Source: Lama glama
Taxonomy: Eukaryota
Direction: 5' to 3'
Length of the DNA: 64,000 nt
NCBI GenBank assembly: GCA_028534125.1
Contig: CM052832.1
Location: 19,160,001 to 19,224,000, forward strand
Each line of letters begins with the position of its first letter. Positions within the stretch are counted from its first letter, which is position 1. Below the pieces are notes generated by a model that had not been told where the DNA came from, did no database searches, and was given only the letters and a program-made list of their open reading frames with translations. Below are positions 51,285 to 62,251 of the stretch, one piece after another. Position numbers and translations under genes: made by a program.

Positions 51285-52551
51285 GCTCATGCCCCGTCCT
51301 GCTCAGTGTTATGCGCCCAGAGTCCCTTCCTGTTTGTGACCTCATGTGGGCTCTCCATCCCTCTAGTGTCATCTCCTGAGCCTTTGATGCTCAGTAGATC
51401 TAAGCCTCCAGACCAAGCACAGTGACAAGAATATTCAGTTTATTTATTTACGTGCAAAATATTGAAGACGTTCACATGATTCAAGAGGCACAGAAATCTA
51501 CTTGTTGAAAAAAGTCTCTATTCTTGCTGTCTCCGTGATCCTTAGCTATTAACGTATGATCTTGTGTATTCTTCTAGAGTTCGTTAATGCGTTTTCAAGC
51601 AAATCCATATTTCTGTTTTTCCTCGTTCCAGTCTCTTTTCCCACAAATGGTGAATAGCACTTACACTATTCTGCATATTGCTTTTGTCACCTAACAGTTG
51701 GTCTTGGTAGATACCAGCACAGGAACAGCTTCGTCTTCTTCACAGATGCAGGGGACTTTATGGTATAGGCAGCCTTTAACTTATTTAACCACTTCCTTGC
51801 TGACGAGAGTTTGGTTGTTCCCAGTTTGTTTGTTAGTACCAATACTGCACCCCGGAATAAACTAGCGTGGGTGTGATTTCATGAATGCTTACAGATACAG
51901 TAGAATAAATTCCTAGAAGTGGAACAGCTGAAATGTACGCTAGTACCATGTTGTCCTCCGTAGAGACTCGTGTCAGTTAGGAGCGAGAATACCTGAGTAA
52001 CCATACTCTCACCAACACGGGGAAGTCTAAACGTTTTATTGTGTATGACCATCTCATCGGTGAGAAAATGGTATCTCTTAGTTTTAACTTGTGTTCCTCT
52101 TTTTATGGGTGAATTTGAGCATCCTTTGAGGTATTTAAAATGCACTTATGTTTCCTTTTCTATGTTTTGTCTGCTGATGGACTTTTTCTATTGGATGGTT
52201 ATTGACTGGAGGGCACTCCTATGGATTAGGGAAATTATCCTTTGTGATATGAGTTGCAAATATTTTCCCCACTTAGTTGTTTGTTGACACTTTGACTTTA
52301 CGTATGGCAGTGCTTCCATGAAAATTTCTATTTATCCGTATTTTTAGTTATTGCATACAACTTATTCATATTTTCTATTATGATTTCTGAGTTCGTACCA
52401 TGCCTAGGCCTTCCCCATTCAGAGATTACAAATATATTCTCCTGTAGTTTCTTTTCTTTAAAAAAAAAAAGCAGCTTTAAGATAATAGTTCACATATCAT
52501 ACAATTCACACATTTAAATAGTAGAATTCAATAGCTATTTTCTTTAAGTTC

Positions 52552-52628
52552 TTTTTTTTTTTTTTAAATGGAGGTACTGGGGATTGAACCCAGGCCCCCG
52601 TGCATGCTAAGCATGTGCTCTACCACTT
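52552..52628 (-). mobile_element. tRNA-Ala-derived SINE, 5'-truncated
   Basis: Poly-T then ggaggtactggggattgaacccagg...ctctaccact. Confidence 0.85.
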
Positions 52629-52673
52629 GCTTTCTGAACAGACTTCCAGTGGATGGTTTGCCTGAGATATCGT

Positions 52674-53228
52674 TGTCATGGAGGGGAAAATTTCTCCCTT
52701 CCCCTCTTGGTCCTTTTGACTCGTCAAATAATTAAAATGGCATAAGGCAAATTAACAGGAGAAAATCACATTTAATTATACATGTACAGAAAATCCATAT
52801 AATGTGAGAGATTCCAGGTAAAATGAGAGTCAGGTATAATGAGGTATATATATCATCCTGGACTAAGGAGGAGGGGGTAGGGATCTGGGACTTCAAAGGG
52901 AAGAAAGGCAATTCGTAGGAAGATGAAAAAGAGCAAAGATTTGGTAAACAAATGTTTGCTGTGTCATACAGAGACAGTAGGATACAGAGAGGAATTTTAA
53001 CAAACAGGCTTTGCTGGATCTCTCCCTGTCTACCACAGCTAGTTCATATTATACTGTATTTACCTATGGAGATAGCTCCCTTCCTGGAACAGGTCCTTTA
53101 TCTAAATCCTTTTAGACAGTTAGGGTGAAGGTTAAAGGTTCTTCCTGAGTCCTTTGGACCTTGATTGTTTTCAGATTGAAATAATCCACATGCCATACTG
53201 GCACATCTTGGAGTGTCCTGCCCTGACG
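52674..53228 (-). mobile_element. Solo LTR-like element (ERV1 type), related to 58479-59454
   Basis: Shares aataattaaa...acaggagaaaa and ataatc...atgcca...tggca blocks with the 58.5-kb element. Confidence 0.6.
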
Positions 53229-53448
53229 TGGCCCTAGGGTATTAACAAGGCAGGCTTCCCATTGCCACGAATGCATGATAGAAATAACTGTGTGTGTTTC
53301 TCTATTTACCTGTTCTTTTCTTCCTTCCTGTCTCTTTCCTGTTTTTCCTTTGAAGTTCTTGAGGCCAAAACTGGCTCCAAAGAAACATCAAAGGAAGCCT
53401 GCACCAAAGGCCTCTCAGGGCCATCTTAGAAGCCGTGTGAGAGGCCGA

Positions 53449-53503
53449 ATGGCGCCCCCTGCAGCTGTGCTCTCTTTGTTGCTGCTGCTGCTGCTCTTTA
53501 CAG
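53449..53503 (+). CDS. KIAA0319: KIAA0319 first coding exon, signal peptide MAPPAAVLSLLLLLLLFT(G); exon probably starts at 53356
   Basis: ATG at 53449, hydrophobic core, donor CAG|gtagga (phase 1); long polypyrimidine tract ending tgaag at 53355. Confidence 0.9.
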
Positions 53504-53759
53504 GTAGGAAACGGTCACCCTGGAGACGCCAGTGTTACACTTGGGCTTCCTGTCTTTGGCGTAAGGCACTCAAATCAACCCGAGAAGACGAAGGTGCTGT
53601 GTGTTGCTTTCTAATAGACTCATCTCACGTATGAAAGGCAGACCTCATGCATCAGTGGTTTCTGGAAACAGGCATTTAAATTTTTTATCAAGACTATTTT
53701 GGGGAAAATAAATCCTATTTCATATATATTAGGAAAACTTCATGTACTTATTTAAACTT

Positions 53760-53897
53760 TATTTTTTGTTTTGTTTTTTTAGGGGGTGGTAATTAGGTTT
53801 ATTTAATTTGTTTATTTTTTACCAGAGATACTGGGGATTGAACCCAGGACCTTGTGCATGCTAAGCACACGCTCTACCACTGAGCTATACCCTCCCC
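53760..53897 (-). mobile_element. tRNA-Ala-derived SINE
   Basis: Complete head ending gagctataccctcccc, plus the tail module. Confidence 0.9.
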
Positions 53898-56100
53898 TAT
53901 ACATTTGTTTAGAATTATATAGTAGATCTTTTTGGAAAGCAAATGACAGACCCATTTGTATCATAAATCTTTATTTTCATATAGTCTGTTTGCTTATTGT
54001 GGACACACCCATGGCATAAAATCATTGGTAAGCATCAATTCTGGGGACATGCCCCAGCTGGGCCAGCCAAGCCAACTAAGCCCCTTTGAACTTAGCAGAC
54101 TGAAGGCGGAGATATGGCCAGGGAAATGGTTTTATATCCAAGGTTTGCCCAAGTGTGGTAAAACCATGATGAGGCTTACCTGAGAATGACCCTTGTTAAA
54201 ACCTTGTGGTTTCCGAGGTCCCGTCCAGACCTCCTGAATCAGAACTTCTAGTGAGTGTGACTCAGGGATTGCAAGCATCTAAATTTTTTGTTGGCTTGTT
54301 TTATGGAAAACTTATTTCCATGTTCCACTGTGAGAGAGACATGCTCTATATGAAAGAGATTTTAATATGCATCTAAATTTTTATAAACACAGTTTTAGAT
54401 TCTAAAAGGGCCACTTCAGCAAATGCTACCATTGGGAAAGGCCTAACATCCCCATCCCTTGTAGATCACTCTCCCATCCATCCATCTTATTAACTCATCA
54501 CTGCTCAGTATGCAAAACAAAATGTTCCTTTATTCCATGCTTAGTGTACTCTGTACTTTGGAAAATACTATCTTTAATGTTTTGAGCACTCTTTTTTTTC
54601 TCTCTTAAATCCCCACTTTTTCACTGCTTTTGGTTTCTTTCCTGTGAGATGTTTTTCATCAATTCAAAATTCCTCAATTACTGAGCCCCAGTAATGTTAT
54701 TTAGAGTTTGCCTGTCTTTTCCGTCTACCCTCTTTACCTTTGGCAAGATGTTAACCATTGACATTCTTGATTTGTCAACAATCGTGGGGTGCCTACTATG
54801 TTCATGAATTGGGCTGGGAATTTGTAGAGGGGACAAATGTGTGTGTTCTCCGGTCTCTGTTCTCTGGTCTCTTTAAGAATTTTCTTGAGTGAGTCCAAAA
54901 GATTCTAAAGTAATTATGGCAACTTGGCCCAAAGGAAGAATGGTTATATGTTGCGAATTCCACCTTCTCAAATTCCTTTATTTAGCATTCAGATCTCTGC
55001 TTAAAGTATGTATATCTAAACGGCCTATTCAGGTGATTTTTTTTTGCAGAACAAAGGGATGATCTGGCCCAGAGCTATATATGGAGGTCTCCACCTCCAG
55101 CCTGATGGAAAACTGCTTTAAGCTTTGTCTGGAAGGCTCTTGCCATGTCTCTCACCCACGTGTAACAATTTGTTCCAGGATCACAGCCTTTTCCCTGAAT
55201 AATGGTTTCTGTGACACAGTTTTACAAGTTGGCTTTTAAGCTTCTGGTGGCCAAAGCCAGATATGAAACATGATAGTTTTTATGAATTGTACTGTCCAAA
55301 AGGAGATGAGCCAACAGTTGTTCAAGGGAAATAAAATATATCCTGCCGTTTGTGTTTAGAAGAACCATCTAGCTTGGATCTTCATTTAAAGGCCACTCAG
55401 GATGTTAGTGGTAACTACAAATAAAGACAATATTTTTGAGAGTAGAGTTGTGAGTCAGAGATACCTAGTTTACATACCCCATCATCTCTTGACTTTAATT
55501 GAAAATGCTGTTTTGTTGTGTTCAGAGTTTTCTTTTGTTTTATTTTTCCTCTCCCTCTCTGAGATTAAGCTTGTCTTTAGAAAATAAAAGGCTCAGATTA
55601 TTAAGGCAATTTTTAAAAAGTAGATTTGTTTGATAAAATTTCATTTCAGTTGAATTAGTTTGTTGTAAGCTTATTCACTGGGAAAGATACATCTCTATTA
55701 TAGCTAAGTTTTATTAAATTGGACCAATTAGACTTTCCTATACAGTCAGTGTTTGGCAATGAATGATTCTTAAAAATTTATAATAAAATTTATAATGATG
55801 TTGATGTCTGTACAGGTAAAAATAAAGATGATTATTGTTCTGTATTTAATCATTTCTCTTACCTCCAGTTAGAAGTAATCTCTGACTGTCACTATGAAAA
55901 AAGTAACAGGTATTAAGAGAATGATCAGTGATGAGCCCTCACTAGGAAAGAGATCCTTTGCCCTTCTGAGGTTAGCAGAACATTGCTTCTCAAACTATAT
56001 GTGGTGAAGAACCAATTTATTTTTATTTCCAAGCCATCACAGACCAGTTCTTTGGTAAAATATCAACAAACATATTGTCTATTGAAAGCAAAATGCACAG

Positions 56101-56522
56101 TGTAAGAGTTGTGGGTTTCAGTCTTATTCAGGGACTTTCCTGAGGACTATAGCCTGGGAAAACAGCCTCTCACTACCTCTGAGGGAACTGTTTTGAAGAG
56201 GTAGGAGAGGAAGCCGGTATATGTATGATTTTGGGCTAGGGAGTGCCTGCAGTCAAGCGCACACCTTGGTAAACCATTACTGCTAGGAACAGATACCTCA
56301 GTTAGTGATTTTAGAGCTCTCCTATGTATGGGAAGATGCAAGAATCTGGGCTGATGAAAATTCTTCCTGAGATATCTATCTATCTAAGGGGTCTGTTTTT
56401 CTAAAGCACAGAGTGACTTACCCTGTTTTTCATCCTGAATTCCTTTCTGGGTGCCCTATTAGCAGTAGGTAATGACTTAATCTTTGTGGAACTGGATGGT
56501 GGTCAACATTCTTTGTTTTACA
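56101..56522. mobile_element. Solo LTR-like element apparently splitting an older hAT remnant (~55980-56690)
   Basis: TG...CA ends; flanks resemble hAT termini (cattgcttctcaaact... and ...tgtgtagtgcta). Confidence 0.5.
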
Positions 56523-56937
56523 AAATAAACAACAAAGGAGAAGAGTGATTCTATCCTTCTATGTCAGGGAATGACAGACTGCTACAGGGGTTTCTAAAAG
56601 CCTCATTTCTGTTATTTTGTCATGAACTGGTCACAGACTAGTGGCCCTGCCGCACTGTGTCTGCAGATCACCCTTGTGTAGTGCTACTCTAGTGCGCGAC
56701 TGGAAACATAGGTCATTGTTTAGAATCTGATTAAAGCTAGTTGTTCTAGACCTATATTTTGGACAATTTTTTCTCTCCTTTGATATTTTCCTATCGTCAG
56801 AGTTGATCAATCATCAGAATAACCCGTGAGATTTTTAAAAATTCCATTAACAGCAGCAACAACCGGTTGGTCCTGAAATAAACCTTTATAATTGAACTTT
56901 GGGTGAGAAGCAAAATATTACAAATAGTATAAAACCA

Positions 56938-57050
56938 GGGGTGGGGTATAGCTCAGTGACACAGTGCCTACTTAGCATGCACGAGGTCCTGAGTTCCATC
57001 CCCAGTACCTCCATCAAACAAACAAATCAAATTTCCTCCTCAAAAAACAA
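56938..57050 (+). mobile_element. tRNA-Ala-derived SINE
   Basis: gggtatagctcagtg...cttagcatgcacgaggtcctg...ccccagtacctcca with an A-rich tail. Confidence 0.88.
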
Positions 57051-57325
57051 ACTGTAAAATTTTTTTAATTAGAATATTTTTTAAAGTAAGGGAAAAAAGC
57101 AATACACAAGTGGGAAAGAATGCTTCTGTTGACTAAGTAGAGTAACATATAAAGAGAGAGGATGGAGGGTTAGATGGACAGGTGGAAGGATCTATGGATG
57201 GATGGAGTGTTGAGGGATGGGCTGTAAGATAAAACAGTGGACTTTCTACAGGAAATGCGGGTGGTTTATTTGCTGGCCAGGAACCATATGCCTCTCTTCC
57301 TTACTGGAGACTGTGTTGTTTGCAG

Positions 57326-58110
57326 GTTGTGCCCGTATGCAGTGTAGTGAGGGGAAGACTTACTCCAATGCAATCATTTCACCGAACTTGGAAACTAACA
57401 AAATCATGCCGGTGCCTCAGACCACCCCCGTGGTGGACTGCACGTCGGCGTGCTGTGACCTGTCCAGCTGTGACCTGGCCTGGTGGTTTGAGGGCCGCTG
57501 CTACCTGGTGAGCTGCCCCCGCAAGGAGAGCTGTGAGCCCAAGAAGATGGGCTCCATCAGGTCCTACCTCACCTTTGTGCTCAGGCCCGCCCAGAGGCCC
57601 ACACAGCTGCTGGACTACGGGGAGGTGATGCTGAACAGGGGTTCTCCGTCGGGAGTCTGGGGGGACTCACCTGAGGATATCAGAAAGGACTTGCCCTTTC
57701 TAGGCAACGGGCGGGGCCTAGAGGAGATGTCTGAGTACTCGGAGGACTACCGGGAGCTGGAGCAGAACCTCTTCCAGCCCATCAGCAAGCAGGCGCCCCG
57801 AGGGAGCGCAGAGTACACGGACTGGGGCTTGCTGCCCGGTGGTGGTGGTGGTGGCGGTGGCGGTGGCGGTGGCGGCGGCGGGGGAGGCTTCAACTCCTCT
57901 GCTGGGGAGAGCCCAGCAGCAATGGCGGAGAAGCAGCAGGAGGATCCAGAGCTCCATAAACTGAATGAGTCGGCGTGGACGCCGGCCCCAGAACACGCCC
58001 CAGAGAGAGGGTTGTTGCTTCCCTTGGTCACGACTCCATCTTCAGGAGAGGAACTGGAGAAAGAGACTTTTCAGCTCCCGGAGCAACCCAGTAACAGCTC
58101 TGGAAAAGAG
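57326..58110 (+). CDS. KIAA0319: KIAA0319 large exon: Cys-rich MANEC/MANSC domain plus linker containing Gly17
   Basis: CARMQCSEG...CCDLSSCDLAWWFEGRCYLVSC; acceptor ttgcag|, donor GAG|gtgggt; 785 nt; phase matches the upstream exon. Confidence 0.95.
57838..57888 (+). repeat. KIAA0319: Coding (GGN)17 trinucleotide repeat
   Basis: (GGT)5(GGCGGT)3(GGC)3GGGGGAGGC, read directly. Confidence 0.97.
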
Positions 58111-58478
58111 GTGGGTGTGGCCGGTGTGTGCACGAGACGGTGGGAGGGGCTGTTTACTTTTGGAGCCTGGTCCTCATTAGATGGTACACACAGGAAGGTT
58201 CATCTTAAGGACACCAGTTAAGGTATCAGCAAGAAAGATGACTCTCAGAGCCTTCCAGGAAACAAAATGTCTTGTTCCTCTGTTATGCTCTCGTAACTGG
58301 ACTATCTGAAAGAACAAATAGTTCTTCTGCCTTCACAAGTCAGCCACCTAATGATGATTTAGCGCTTCTCCCTAGAGATGCCTCTACTAGTATCTAAGAT
58401 GAATGAGGATTTTTAGAGTTCCCTGGAGCCAGCCCATGTACACAGCACATAGAGCCAGGGGCTTTGCATATCTTTTTT

Positions 58479-59454
58479 TGTAGGAGCAGAAAAAAAATTT
58501 TTTTCTTTCCTTCTAGATTCTTTGGCTGGGGTAATAATTAAATTGACATAGATAGATTCACAGGAGAAAAGCAAATTTACTTCCAGATATATAGGAGACT
58601 CCATTAAAAATATGAGAAGTGAACCAAACAAGAGGATTTTATATCTTTTCAATAAAGAAACAGTACATTTGTGACCAATTGACAAACCAAAGGGGTTTAG
58701 GTTTGGGGTAGTAAATTAGTGACAAAGTATCTGTTGCAGTTAAGGATCTGTTAAAAAGTAAACTGAAGCACATTAATATTTTAAAGAGTTTATTGGAGCA
58801 AAAATGGATCCAAGTCAGCCAGAATCCAATCCAGCCAATAGAAAGGAGCTCTGAGGAGCTGTACAAAGTGAAAGACTTACAGGCAGAAGGAAGTGAGAAC
58901 AAGGAAGCTGTACAAGACAGTGTGTTGGTTATTCCAAGGTTACTTTCCTTTACGGGAGAGTGGAGGTTTATCAGGCAGATGACCTTAGAATTATTCCTGA
59001 TTGACTGGCTTAAGATTCCATTCCAGGAAGAGCTGAAACTGTAATTAAGTCTTGGTTTGGGGGCTTAGCATAAGTGACTCTATTTTGGGTCTGTTGTTTT
59101 CACACAAGGTTGGTTTATGCAGCCTTCTCAGTCCTAAATTTCCTGTCTCTGGTGGTAAGGACGCCTTCCATCCTCCTGGTACAGTGTTTTATTTTCCACC
59201 AAAATACAAATTTTCCCCTACAGTCACAATTAGAGTTTTCTGAGCTGCATTAAGTTGTAGGTAATCCTTGAAAGGAAAGACACCTTTCACATGGGTGAAT
59301 TATCTCTTGCTTTCAGGGGGACAAAGGACGGTCAGAGTGTCTTTCTTGCACATCTGTGCTATACAGTAGGACCTGTTTCTCAAGTACCTTTCATTCAAAA
59401 TAATCAGTATGCCAAAGTGGCATATTTGAGGGTGACATATTCTGATCCCCTGCA
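58479..59454 (-). mobile_element. LTR-like element with a probable second LTR nested at 58749-59106
   Basis: Outer ends are homologous to 52674-53228; the inner TG...CA segment has its own tttatt signal. Confidence 0.55.
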
Positions 59455-59834
59455 GTTTCTTCAAGACCCAACAGGATCTCAGGTTGCTGGAATCTCACCA
59501 GTGACATGAATCAGTTGGGAAGGAGGAGGGAGATACTAAGGAGAGCACATAAGCTGTACAGAACTTTCTATGAAAAACACAGGTGAAGAGAGTGGGAATC
59601 TTTGGGAAAGGAGACATACCAAAAGCAGAGGGAAGGTTCAGGTGCTGACAGCAGAAGGTCAGGGAGAAAGAGAAGGAGATTGCGCTGAGGAGAGCAGTTG
59701 GTGAGCTCAGAGGCTGCTCATCTGGGGAATGCCAGGACTTCATGAGAATGTAGTGAGCGTGTGGGTCTGGGAAAGCTGAATGCAGTGGGCAATGAAGGGA
59801 CAAAAGAACAGTCACAGAAGAAACTGTTGTATTT

Positions 59835-60479
59835 CCTTTTCTTTTTTTTTTTAATTGAAATATAGTTGGTTTACAATGTTGTGTTAGTTTCTGGTGTACA
59901 GCAAAGTGATTCAGTTATACATATATATATTCTTTTTCATTGTAGGTTATTACAAGCTATTGAATATAGTTATCTGTGCTATACAGTAGGACCTTGTTGT
60001 TTGTCTATTTTTTTATATAGTAGTTTGTATCTGCTCATCCCAAACCCTACTTTATCCCTCTCCCACCCCCTTTTCCCTATGGTAACCATAACTTTGTTTT
60101 CTATGTCTGCAAGTCTGCTTTTGTTCTGTAAATAAGTTCATTTGTGTCACTTTTTAAGATTCCATGTATAAGAGATATCATATGGTATTTGTCTTTCTCT
60201 TTCTGACTTCACTTAGTATGATATTCTCTAGGTCCATCCATGCTGCTGCAAATGGCATTATTTTATTCTTTTTATGGCTGAGTAGTATTCCATTGTGTAT
60301 ATATACCACAACTCCTTTATCCATTCATCTGTTGATGTACATTTAGGTTGCTTCCATGTTTTGGCCATTGTAAATAGTGAAGCTATGAACATTGGGTGCA
60401 TGTATCTTTTTGAATTATAGTTTTCTCTAGATACATGCCCAGGAGTGGGATTGTTGGATCATATGGCAAGTCTGTTTTT
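59835..60479 (-). mobile_element. 5'-truncated LINE-1 3' end with 16-bp TSD
   Basis: Same family text as 8515-8984; TSD agaaact(g/a)ttgtattt at 59819-59834 and 60480-60495. Confidence 0.9.
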
Positions 60480-60500
60480 AGAAACTATTGTATTTTAAGA

Positions 60501-61020
60501 TGTTACCAAATCCAAACTCATTCTGCTCACCACACAACAGGCCAGTAAATCAGGAGACGAGGTACTAGGGCAAGGAATAACAACGTTCTTCGGAAAGCCA
60601 GTAGACCAAGAAGATGGGGGACTAATGTCCTAGAGAAGCATCTTACCCAAGTTAGAATTCAGGCTTCTTTTATACTAAAAAGGGGAGGAGATGTGGTTGG
60701 TTGTTGCAAACTTCTTGGTGTCAGAATCGTTTGTTCTTGCAGCTGTCCACATAGGTCAGGTCATGATGTTCCTGTAAACCTCTAACAAGACAAATCTTGT
60801 TCTCTATTCTGCAACTTTTTATCTCTGTATAAATAGAAAAGTGTTATACCCTGAAAGGTCAGAGCCTTGAGAAGGAACAGGCTGTCTTGTATTTTTCAGG
60901 CTATTGGCAACATTCTTTTCCAAAAAGTACAGAACCAGCATGACTAAGCACAGGAAAGCATAGAGTTAGAGCTAAAGGAACAGATCTAATAAGGAGTCAG
61001 ATTTTTTCTTCTCTGTTACA
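60501..61020. mobile_element. Solo LTR-like element
   Basis: tgttac...gttaca ends, ~520 bp, imperfect 4-bp flanks aaga/aagg. Confidence 0.6.
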
Positions 61021-62058
61021 AAGGTACAAGATGGCAGATCAGAATATAAAGAGGCTTAAACCAATTAAGATTTTTTTTAAAAAGGAAAATACTCTTTAAG
61101 ATATCAGTGCTTAGGTTAGAGTAGATGAAGAAAGCTGGAATGACATGACTATACATTATAATCGCAACCACTAAAAATTCCTAAAAACATTTTTAAGTAG
61201 TGAGATTATCAGAAGTTTTTTTCTGCTTTGATGTATTTTTCTGTCCTTTTCAAAGTTTCCATATTTTTCTGTACTTGTAAAGGTCTTAAAAGTTTTGAAG
61301 TCTTCAATTAAAAAAATTAAATATAAGAGATTAATCACATTCTTTTCCCATATCACTAAGCATTAACACAATTTACCTTCTTCTATGTGGCTAAGTCAGC
61401 TGCAGAAGAGAGTAGCTGTGTTTTCAATAAACACCAATGCCCCCTCTCCACTTAACATTTGAGTTACAGCTTTTCTTTCTGTGGATTTCACACTCCAACA
61501 TCCCCTTTGGGTCTCCTGTCTTCTTAGCCTGAGTTTTATTTGCCTGGCTTCACATAGTCACTGGCAGTTGAAGCTCAGAAGAGCACTTTATTATCATGTT
61601 ATGAGACTTTCCCCCTGGTACTTGATATTTAATTTAAAACCTTTACGTTGGCTAACTCTGTAATTTTAAGTTACAGTTTATATACAATGGATGATATGAA
61701 TAGAGATCATTTACTCTAGAAGCCTGCTTTTTGTTGAATCATCTGATTGTCTTCAATTATTGCCTTACTGATTAATTTAGGGACTACTATAAATATTTTC
61801 TCTTTATCTTGAATGTTTTCTGTTTGTGCATGTTTGCCTCTAAAAATTATCCAGCCCAGAGTTGTCACACATTTTTAATAGATAGCAGAGAATATTTGAA
61901 AGAGACGGTCTAGAGTCCAGTGATTTGCAATATTAGACACAGTGTTTTAAGTGCTAATGGATCTAATTTATGAAAAAGGTCAACGGCATGGTGTTGGCTT
62001 GAAGAGTTCAACTTTTTTCCCCCCCCATAACAACTTATCCTTGTAATTGATCTCCTAG

Positions 62059-62251
62059 GTTCTAATGCCTTCCCATAATCCTCCTCCAGCCAGCCCGGAG
62101 TTCAGCACAGCCACCATGGAGGAAAACTCAGTTCTCACAGTCACCCCCTGGAACACAGAGCAGAGCATTTCAACCCTTCCCACTAGCACCATCCCCACTG
62201 AGTCCACCCCATCTGAGCAACCTGTATCTGCTCCCACTGTTCCCAGGACAG
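62059..62251 (+). CDS. KIAA0319: KIAA0319 next exon, Ser/Thr/Pro-rich stalk (VLMPSHNPPP...PTVPRT); gene continues beyond the window
   Basis: Acceptor ctcctag|, 193 nt, donor CAG|gtaact. Confidence 0.92.

Noticed and set aside
57217..57325. In-frame intronic ATG extending the KIAA0319 large exon
   Set aside because: A good acceptor at 57325 and a phase-matched signal-peptide exon upstream explain the gene; no promoter evidence here.
57747..58031. Minus-strand poly-Pro and (AT)n-peptide ORFs
   Set aside because: Shadows of the KIAA0319 GGN repeat on the opposite strand.
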